Of a DNA stretch of 64,000 nt, positions 1 through 10,100 are shown piece by piece. The stretch comes from Epithemia pelagica. Taxonomy: Eukaryota > Protista > Bacillariophyta. The stretch covers positions 1,178,001-1,242,000 of the forward strand of contig OX337237.1 in assembly GCA_946965045.2 (NCBI GenBank), written 5' to 3'. A program made the translations under genes and the position numbers. Position 1 is the stretch's first letter. The number at the start of each line of letters is the position of its first letter. The notes under the pieces are model-generated. The model was not told where the DNA came from. It worked only from the letters and a program-made list of their open reading frames with translations, and did not search any database.

Positions 1-1901
1 AAGGTGGCCGAGAGAGACAGAGCCGGGAGAGGAGCAATACCGCGTTGCTTCAACAAGAGCAAGAACTCTCGTTCCGATGGCAGCAAAAACAAGAGGGAAT
101 GTCCGGCTTTGCCGGCCCGTGCCACACGACCAGCTCGATGGACGTAGTCCGATAGTTCGGCCGGTGGGTCGTATTGAACGGTCCAATCACACTGTTCCAG
201 ATTCAATCCCCGAGCTGCGACATCGGTTGCCAACAAGATAGCAGCCTTATTATTGTTGGTGGTGGTGTTCTTGGATGCGGGTTTCGACACGTCTGGGGAA
301 TGGTATTTTGAGCGTGGATGGTCGGACGATTGTAGAAATTCGTGCAAGACTTGCTGCCGTTGTGCATGCGGTACACGACCATGCAGTTTGTAAATGGAAC
401 AGGCGGATCCAAAAATCCCCCGTTGCGAGTTGGTTTGGGTAGTTGTATTTGTCTTGTTCTTGTTTGTAGTTTTGTTGTTGTTGTTATTATTCGTGTTGTT
501 CTCATCGTCGTCATTCAGATTGGCGACAATACAGTCCATGTGTTGAAAGAGAGCATAATAAAAGTCGACACTGGCACACGTGTCCAAAAAGACCACGACA
601 CGATTTTGTTGTTGGACAACACGTTGGACCAACAAGGCAATGAGTGCCGACAAGCGCCATTTGGCACTCACCGTCATGTGCCATTGGGCCAATTGTCGCG
701 GCGTGGAATCCGCCAATTCGCCGGCTGGCAGGTCGTCGTCGACGTCCTGGTCCTTTTTGTCTGGAGCCGCACCATCATGTGCCGTATCCTCCCGTGCTTG
801 TTTGGAGAGGTTCGAGGAGGCCTCCTGTTTTGGTTGTTGTTGTTGTTGTTGTGGAATATCTGCAGCTGCAGTAGACAGTGTCGACAGGGCGTCCTTGTCG
901 TCGTCCTGTTTGGATCGGATCCAGATCCAGGAATCGGACGAGCTGTTTCCGAGCGCCAAGGTTTCGATGGCCAATTGTTGCACCGACGGAGTCACTGTGG
1001 CCGATACCAAGACCGATCTCCAGGGAATGCTTGTGGTGCGGGTGGATCCTCCTTGATTGGCGAGAATGCGTTGGACAATGTGTTGGACTTGTTCCCCCAA
1101 TCCCATATCCAACAATCGATCCGCTTCGTCCAAGACGAGCCATTCCAAATTGCTCTTTTTCATGTTCTTCTTGTTGGTGTGGTTGGTTTTGAGAGCCAGG
1201 AGCAAGGATTCGGTTTTGCACAAGTGATCCAACAATCGTCCTGGTGTCGCCACGACAATACCCAATCCCTTGCGCAATCGCATCTTTTCTGATTTACGGC
1301 TATTCATGTGGTTTTTATTCTTATTGTCGTGGTTGCCAGCACCACTGCCCAACAAACTTCCGGGAACAATCCAGTGAAAGGTTTGCGCGCAGACACGTTC
1401 GGCCAAGGCTACGGTTTGGGCGGCCAATTCTCGCGTGGGACACAAAATGATACATTTGGTACCCACTGCAGCTCGTGTGGGGGTTGGTGACCCGTCGTCC
1501 TTCGTGGTGGTGGTGGAAGTGGCCATGGCATGAAGAATGGGCAAGAGATAGGCCAAGGTTTTGCCCGATCCCGTTTCGGAATGAATCAAGAGATTCTTGG
1601 CGCGTGTCGTCGTCTGGTCGTTGGCCAAAAAGGCGGGAATGGCCCGTGCTTGAATGGAGGTGGGTTGGTTCAAGTGCAACGTGGTCTGAACCGCCTGGAC
1701 AATCCGGGGATGCAATGGCAAATCGGACCAGGAATGGGCCTGGGAAAACAAGTGGTGGGAATCCTTGGTACGACGAAACGAGGAGGACGACAATGATGAT
1801 GATCCATAGTGTCGATCCAACTCCAAGGGACGAGCATGAAATGCCAATTCCGCTTGGGTCCAGGATGGTTGCTTTGGTGGTGGTTGTTGGGAGGCCGTTG
1901 A

Positions 1902-1939
<38 letters not shown>

Positions 1940-2443
1940 GTTTGGTTTGGTGTTGGAATTCACAGGGTGGTTGTTATTATTTCGTGTTGGTCGATAGTCG
2001 TCGTCGTGGTTGGGAAAGGCTTCCTCCAAGGTTTTGGGGTGTGATCGAATCGGTCGTTGGTGGATTTCGTGTCGTGTGTTGTTGTTGTGGTTGTGGTTCG
2101 CCGTGGCCCTGGGATCGTTCTTGTCATTTTCGTCGTCTTCGTCTTGTTGTTGAGGAGTGGCCTTGTCGTCGTCGTTGTGGCTCTCATCCGACAGACGCTG
2201 TTGTGGTTGTTCTTGCTGTTGCTGTTGCGTTTCTCGTCGTTCCAATTCCAATGCACGACGACGTCTTCGACGATCATACTTGTTGAATGTCTTTTTCTTT
2301 GTCTTCTTGTTGTTGTTCTTTGTCGTCGTCGTTGTCGTCGTCGTCGTGTTGGATGGTGAGGAGGAGGAGGAGGGTTGTGCGACAATGTTCAAGACAAACG
2401 CATCGTCTTCCGCATCCATGGCGGCCTGTTGTTGTTGTGTCAT
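1..2443 (-). pseudogene. DBP7/DDX31-like DEAD-box helicase, copy 1 (frameshifted; 3' end runs off window start)
   Basis: Paralog of 18318-21590. The (GTT)n tract at 1901-1950 is 20 nt longer than in copy 2, shifting the frame (stop at 1670). The other indels I compared are multiples of 3. Could be a repeat sequencing error. Confidence 0.75.
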
Positions 2444-2817
2444 TCGTCGTCTTCTTCTTGTTGTTGTTGTTGTTGTTGTTGCCGTGACGGCTGGAGATGG
2501 GGACAGATCTGATCTGTAGCGGTGGTTGTTGCTGGACGTTTGGCACAACAAAAGAGGGAGACGAGATGAGAGAGTTGTGTGTGCAATGGAGAAAATGTGA
2601 CGAAAACCGAAAAAATGGTTGGAGAGAGACGCAAAACGATTTAAATTTAAATTTCGAAATTGGATGTAGAGGCGGTCTCTCCGGTGTCCGTAAGGTACGT
2701 TGGGGCAGTTGTCAACACAGGATGGAAATCTGGATTCCGGAATCCGGAAGCTGGGGGGGAATTTGTGTATTTCCTTGGGCCTTTTGTAAAATAGAGAGCA
2801 GACAAGTGTTATCAACC

Positions 2818-3731
2818 ATGGGCAATCAAACATCGACGCCTACTACTCCTGCAGAAAAGCACTACCCCAGAATGCCATCCGATATGAAAGCAAGGGAGAC
2901 TTTGTTCAAGCGATCCAGAGCACACAGACCGCCGAAACGATCTTGCTACAAACTGACCCAGAATCTCTCGAAGTAGCCAAACTGTGGACATATCTCGGCA
3001 AACTCTACATGCGCCAAGGTGACTTGGACCAAGCCGTGGTATACTATAAGCGATCCATGGCATTGCTGGAAGAACGGGATCCAGAATCTCCCCTCATGTC
3101 CACTACCTGGCAAAATATGGGTTGCATTTGTACAGAGCAGCATCAGAATGAAGAGGCGCTGGTTTGGTTGGAAAAGGCGCTGAAACTACAGCAAATGAAT
3201 GAACCCGACTCTCTGAATCTGGCCTATACTCACCACAATATTGCTACTGTTTTGGAACGGTACCCACAACGGCAGGAAGAAATGATCCATCACATACTAA
3301 AAGCCATTGAAATCAAACAAGCAAAGGCACCAGACTCGGAATCGCTCGCCACGAGCTATATCATATTTGGAACTTACTGCGAAGCTCACATGCATATCCG
3401 TATTGCTCGAGAAGCCAAGGACATTGCTGATTGTCTCATCCCGTCAAGTAAACCACTCTATGTTGACGTTTATCAATGCTTAGCCCTCGGATACCACAGA
3501 GAGGGCAACACACAAGATTTAGACAAGGCGATTCACTTTCTCAAGAAAGCACAGGCATTGGAACTTTCCATGTCACCCACATCGTTGAAGTGTGCTGAAA
3601 TTCACACAAACTTGGCCGTGATCCTGGAGGACGCCGGAAGACTGGAAGAAGCTCGCGAAGCACGTGCAACTGCTGTAAGCATACAACTGGAAAAGGCACC
3701 TTCTCTACTTGAAGTTGGCAACAAGAACTGA
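2818..3731 (+). CDS. TPR-repeat protein, copy 1 (probable N-myristoylated start MGNQTS; one-base frameshift near 2855)
   Basis: TPR-like repeats (AKLWTYLGKLYMRQGDLDQAVVYYKRS; AEIHTNLAVILEDAGRLEEA). TPR frame is open from 2790 with no ATG until 3009. ATG 2818 joins it if the A4 run at 2855-2858 were A5. Confidence 0.75.
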
Positions 3732-3834
3732 TTTCAGAGGCATGATTGACCAATTTGATCCACTGCTCTGGGCTTTTGTCATTGCGCTGTAGGTGATCAC
3801 CGTCGACGACGTCGTAATCGCCATTGTCATAATG

Positions 3835-6461
3835 TTAGAAAACAAAGCCAGCATCAACTAAGGACTGCTGATCGGCATCAATATCGTGTCGAATAGCCGT
3901 CATTAGCGATTCATGGATAAGTCCTTTCAATTCCTCCATTTTGCTACGCGTTGCGCTCCAACAACGAAGGGGCGGATCATCTGGATCTGAACTCGATGCC
4001 TTTTTTTTGGGTTCAAATGCGGTTTTCAGTTTTTCCAAGAAAGCAGACCGAATGCTATCCTGTTGTTTGTCATGGGTTGTCACAGTCGTCTTTTTATCAA
4101 TCTGAACGATTCCGATGTACTGCGGCAACGACTGCAAAGTATTGTCCCAATAGGTCTTATCATTTGACTGCATTTTCCCTTTGGGACCGTTCTGGGGGGA
4201 AGGAACAGAATTGGGGTCCGATTTGCTTGGTGTTTTTTTGCGCTTGTGCTCCCGCTTTAGCTCGTTTTCTACATTTGGGTAGGTAAGACGATTGAATTGC
4301 ATTGCCTGCAATTTTACAAATCCAAAGTAGGACAGAGATTCCTTTGGTTGCAGAAACCATAGCTGTGGTGTCGCACCATCGTCGACCCCCTTGCATGTTT
4401 TCACAAACTCAAGAATCATCCATTGCTTCACAGGGTGGTTTTTCTCAGCAACTGTCAGTTGAAGAGCCGCAATGGAAAACATTTCTCTCCTTTTGATCAT
4501 GATGATGGCGTCAATCGCAGCAAAAGTCTCACTTGTGGCTTTCGCAAACACAGTAAACTCTTCCGTACTATGTGCATCCAACTTGGCCTTTGCCTTTTCC
4601 GAGAAATCCTGCATTGTCGTAAACTCGATGACTTCAATTTTGGATGCCGATTCCTGAAGCAGCACTTGAACAGAGGGCTTCATGTGATCCACGGGAAGCT
4701 CTGAACCGACGATGGTTATGTGCGCTTGATCGTTCCGCATATTCCTTGTTAGCAGAGGCTCCCAAATCCAGCCACCAACGCTGCGTGCCTTCGGCTGTGC
4801 AAGCAGGTCTTCCATTAGCTTCTGAAGTTTATCATCCGAACGGGACTCCTCCTTTTCCAGCAGCGATCGCCCGATGTATGGCGAGGGGATCTGGAGCTTG
4901 AACTTATTTCGGAATTTGTCTGTAGGGATCATGTGTCCAACAAGGCCGGGATACAGTTTTTGCCCAACCACAGCGGAATTCCCCTCATTTGTTGGAGAAG
5001 AATCGTCCAAGACAGAAAGATGATTTACTAGCTTTTCCACTCCGTATATCGAAATAGCTCCATCCACCAGCTCCTGCGCCTTCTCTGGATTTTGAAGGCA
5101 AAGGCGTGGGACACCTCCCACATAATAGAATGCGTCTTCCGCTTCGGTAACTGCTTCAGGGCTCTTGTTGGCTGCCATTTCTATTACCTCACGCTTGCTT
5201 GCTGAATCAATGTAACAAAAATTACCTTTAGTATCACTCCAATTTTGCTGTTGCCGAAGCCTGCTCCATCGTTCTTTGTTCGCTGAGCTTACAATGAGAA
5301 GGAAGCCGGGGGGGAAACTTCGAACACCTCCTCGGCTGAGATCCACAATGTGAAGGGTCTTATATTTGCTTCTCGGTTGGCCAGCCGCAATTTTGTTGCC
5401 GCTCCACGTGTAATGGACTTCCCAACCAAAAAGCTTTGCCATGAATAAACCAATGATAGCACCAAGAATTGACTTGCCGGTTCCCTGGACTCCAGTTAGT
5501 ACCATTGTGCTCTTTTTCCGGTCATCGTCTTGCTTTGCATTTGCGTACTCTTGATGAGCTTTCTCAAAGAACGCAATCGTTGAGCAAAGAATGTAGGAAT
5601 AACAGTGACGCCAATAAACTGAGCGGATTTCATAGTCAAACCATTCCATGCGCTTCACTTGGATGAACCGCTTCTCATTGACTTTCAAAAGCGAAATATC
5701 TTGATCAAAGAATACCTGCATCGCATTGATATCGTTATCCACAGTAGTCCTCTCTGAGGAGGGGCGTCGCTAGCCGCAGAGGGTAGAATGAGGATGTTGT
5801 GTGACAAAAAACAACGAGACACAGAAAATCCATCTAGAACTACCAAAAGATACGCATACAAACTCACCTGCTGGATTTAATGAAAGGATGTGCAAGAGTA
5901 ATGAAAGATAAGGTCGGCAATCAAAGGGAAATTGATGGAAAAGACGGTTGGTTGTGACGCATGGAACAAATTATGAGTGAGTTTCAATGGCTTTTCAAAT
6001 TGGGAACAAAGAAAACAAAACATAGTTGTTGCTGTGGCATTGTAGCTGAATACCAGCCGGCCCAGATAATTGATGAAATAGGCAAAATGACAAGAATCGC
6101 AAAATCGAATACAGATACACAATCACAAATTCACACTCACTGCTGCCATTGCCGGACCCAGCGTGTACACATTCAGACTTACCTGTGGAGTATCACCGTC
6201 ACCGCGTTGCTGCGAGATTCCAAAATCGCGAAGAAGCTGCCCTCGTTCCGCTATTGAGAGCCTGTTGTATTCGGCCTTGGTAGTAATGTTGGATAACCAT
6301 AAACGAAATTCTGGCTGGGCGAGGCTCCAATAATCAGGCGCATGGCGTGCACCACCTCGTCCTTGCCCGCGACCCATCCCGCTCCTTCGCCCTCGCCCTC
6401 CTCCTTTTACTGGACTAGAATCTCTTCTGTCACCCTCCGCTTTGTCGTCTCTGTCTGCCAT
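3835..6461 (-). CDS. Crinkler/RHS-type P-loop NTPase + PD-(D/E)xK-like nuclease, copy 1; exons 6461-6183 (alternative donor 6140), 5870-5868, 5769-3835
   Basis: Walker A GVQGTGKS, GGVPR motif, GGWIWE, nuclease-like AIDA..LQLT..H. Phase-0 donors GTAAGT (6182) and GTGAGT (6140, 5867). Acceptor TAG before RRPSSERTTVDND. Confidence 0.8.
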
Positions 6462-7150
6462 GGCGCCACTTACAGAAAGTTGAGGTTGCCGTGTTGCGTT
6501 TTTTGGGTTTTGCGTTTTTCAAATTAGTACGTTACTGTCTACGGTAAAGTGGGACTCCTAAGCGGGGAGTTCGCAAAGGAGTGGGGTTGTGTCCGTGGCA
6601 GTGATGAACTGTGCCATTGGAGCCGGGGAGTAGATCGGAGTGACTGGTGCAAAACATGGTGTTTTGTCTTCGAGGTTGGACACGACGAAAGGGTGAGTCT
6701 TGTGTCTCGTGAATGCCGTGAGGTTGATCACGCGCGACCGAAAGCTCACCCCGGCTTCTTGGGGGTAGGATATAATATTATGTCCGAACCGAGGACGAGG
6801 ATACCATTTTGGGGGTTTACGGTTTACGAGTAACCTTAGAACAAACGAATCTTTTCCTTGATAAGTATCACAACGACAAAGATCGTGTCACTTGCGGCGT
6901 ACCAAGACCTCGGTAAACGTACCATACCCGCTTCTTGCCATTACAATAGCAGCATGTCAGAAGTCTCTAGTCCCGCTACCGTAGCGCCTGTGAAGCTCAA
7001 AGACAGCGACTGTGGATATTCGTTCGTCGAGTTTCCCGAGGATGTCATTTTCATGGAACGTGTGAGTTCCAACAGCTCGTTCCGACCCCATGTTGGCTTT
7101 GTTCCAGTACAGCGAGTCATCAATGGAACCGAAGAGACACATTTGTACGA
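6169..7150. other. 982-bp cassette unique to copy 1, replacing the 958-bp segment 25316-26273 of copy 2
   Basis: No similarity to copy 2 between the breakpoints. Homology resumes at AGTTGAAACG (7151/26274). Contains the alternative Crinkler header exon and its upstream region. Confidence 0.9.
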
Positions 7151-10100
7151 AGTTGAAACGACCACCATGCCAGGAACAAAACCGCCGCCAGGCGAGACCT
7201 CACCGAGGAACAACAGTCCAACCGACAACGCGGACAACAGCAACGAAACCGAGAACAACACTGCCAACCAAGACAACACCCAAGACGGCTGGGTCTTGCT
7301 CCGCCCGAAGACTCGTACAGCAAACCCATACGCTTTTTCCCTGACGAGAAACGAACCTGCTCCAGCCCACCTGGTCTATGCACCACGAATCCAAACAGGC
7401 TGAAGCCCGACGCCCACCAGTCACAGCGAACTCCCTCCATGACATTCTTCAAGCGGCCCTGAACCTTCACAAAAAAAGGCAAGGCGAACATCCCCTGGCA
7501 ATCGCCATTCACCATATTGTCTTTGTGGAGACGAAAAAACCAAAGAAGAAACAAGGCAACCACACGAGTATCTACCTCGTCAGCTTCAAACCGGCGCAAT
7601 CCAACGAGCAGTTCGATCTCGAACTTTTCTGGGAACAGGCTATCCGTTTCATTGTCCAAAAATGGCACCAGCACACCCTCAGTGACTTCCAAGAAGACGG
7701 TAACGGTAACGAAATCGTCCTCCGCCCCAATCAAGCGCTCAACCAGCTCAACAAGGCTACGGCAACAACACACACACGAGCAAGTCAACTCACCCTCTAC
7801 TTGCCGGCGTGCAATCACCCGAATGCAAAGGCTATGGGTATCGTGGGCGGAATCCCCGCCGTTGCCCAAACGCGGACAAATCAACCTCCAAGAAGCCTTC
7901 CACAAGCAGTTGCTCCCTTTTCTGGATGACACGCTTCTTCGCGACAGCTAGGAGTTCAAGAACCATGTGGGGTTCAGAGACGGTACATTCACCAGGAAGA
8001 TGGAAAGCGGCACCCCTGGAGTAGCACCAGTGATTCAAATTGCAACATCATCACCAACGGTCTTCCAAAAGATCCTTCATTCAGCAACACTGTTTGCCAC
8101 CGCCACACCTGATAGAGTCCAAGACTTCACTTGGTACGGGAGCAAGTTTCAGATCATGCCTTTCCCCCACAACGACGATGACGCCACAAGGACGCAAAAC
8201 CTAATCGATGTTCGTAACATCGACCAATATTTCCGCATGAAATGTGTGTTCATCCACATCCGGGCCGTCCACCTGCCACCGGAACTGGAACATTGGAACA
8301 AGCTATACGAGCTTCCAACCTTTGAAGGCATTTTTCCTACATTTGTAGGACACTACGCCGAGCCAGTGGGTTACGACCTCTACCTACAAAATGCACCAGA
8401 TACCTTCACTCTGGATGCCGAGAAACTCCGCCACTACCCGGGTTTCCCGATTGAACTCCTCCCACCACCGGTTGCCGCGGCACCACAACAACTACAGCCA
8501 CAACAAAATGGCAATGTCCCAGTCAGGCAACAAAACGTTAGAAGCCATGCACAACGTTTTCACCGCCTGGCCGAACGTATCACACGGCGTCATACGGCTC
8601 AAACAACAACAACCACGGACCAACCATCTCGGCCAACGCCCACAGCGGTCTCTCCAGAGCGAAGCCCACGGAAACGAGCGGCAGTGGAACAATCTCCCAC
8701 CCAACCGATGGAAACCGAAGTCCACTCCACGCCAACAAGCCCTACAGGCAACACAACGCCTTTGGGCAACCATTTTACAGCACTCCAACAGACCGAACAT
8801 CACGATTCCGATAGTTCGGCGACAATGGACGAAAAAGACTTCGAACAAACAACAAATACTCCGGCTGAGCTTGTTGCCCTGTTGCAACAATATCACATTA
8901 CAACGGCAACACACTCACAGAGTACCTACGAGGAAATGCTCACTTTGGCGACACACGTCTACAAACAAGACAGCGCTAAAACGGCAATGCTCTTGGAGCA
9001 TCTCCAGCCTATTCGGTCCTTTCGGGAAGAGGACAAACAAGATGCCTGGGACTACGCCACGGAACTTCTCAACAGTGTAATGGCAAGGACGGATCGCAAC
9101 TCACCCGACTCTAAGAGGCCCCCACAGCGGGGCCATGGCGCTTAGAAGTCCCATGAGTCATAGATCCTTCCCCCGCCACTGCCCCGTTCCGAATCGCCCG
9201 TGGACCCTAGCAACACCCCAACCCAACCACCCCCGACGACACCTATGTAACCACCTCAAAAACGACCATCCGAGTATCCCTACGAACGACTACTTAACCA
9301 CCGCCTTTTGCACACAAACAAACATCTACCCGTGCCGACAATGCAACACCCCAGACCGCATCTACCACGACAACGCCCACCTCAAAGCCCATACAAACGA
9401 CAAACATTCTCGGGAGAAAACAAATCTACAATTAGTAACGACAACACTATGTAATCTACCTTGTGAGTTTCACTCGGCCTGGTCCCATTCTCTAGAATCT
9501 CTATACAACTGGGACCCCACCCCACCACCGTTCAGGGCAACTATATGGCATGCCCTTTCCCCCCAAGCCAAAACAGAATACCACAACATTTTAGGCATGG
9601 TAACCACGTGGACGTGTTACAATTCTTTCTGAATCGTAGGGACATCAATGCTCGTTAGAGCAGACAATCAGGTAGTCACCAACCGATACAAACCTCTCCA
9701 CGGGTAAGAGAGGAAAGCAAGTCGTAGTCTATCAAAAGGATAGTCGGGACACAAAAGAGGATGTGATAAATGGTGATATTGTTAGATTGTGAGCTTTAGG
9801 ACTACGGTGTGTGTTTTGATGTGCAGGTCTGGCCAGGGTGCATGACTGATATATTCATGGCGCTGACAGGACTGGTCTGGTTGGAGTAGACATGGATATT
9901 GTGTATTGGAAGTATATGCACTTGTATATCATATACTAATGCCAACAGCTCTTGCTTTGTTGTGATATAGCTAGTTTTCTTGGCGCGTTGCCGTTTGCAT
10001 TCTTCAATTTGTGGGAATAGAGATATGGTCTCGCGTGATCGTGATTCGTGCTTCGGTTACTTAGGCCGTTGGGCTAAGTCGTGGAGGTGCGTACTCGGAT

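Larger units (their letters stand above)
1..6168. repeat. Segmental duplication arm A1 (helicase-TPR-Crinkler body), paralog of 19129-25315
   Basis: Position 1 matches 19129. Offset is a constant 19147 over the TPR and Crinkler genes. Identity ends abruptly at 6168/25315 (gcgtgtac|). Confidence 0.97.

Noticed and set aside
203-2634. Many overlapping ORFs antisense or off-frame to the helicases (also within SAC1, PPR and others)
   Set aside because: They are by-products of stop-poor trinucleotide-rich coding sequence (poly-V, poly-C, poly-L translations) with no domain signal.
2695-2854. Intron GTACGT..CAG as an explanation for the TPR frameshift
   Set aside because: The required upstream exon frame has a stop at 2648 and no ATG.
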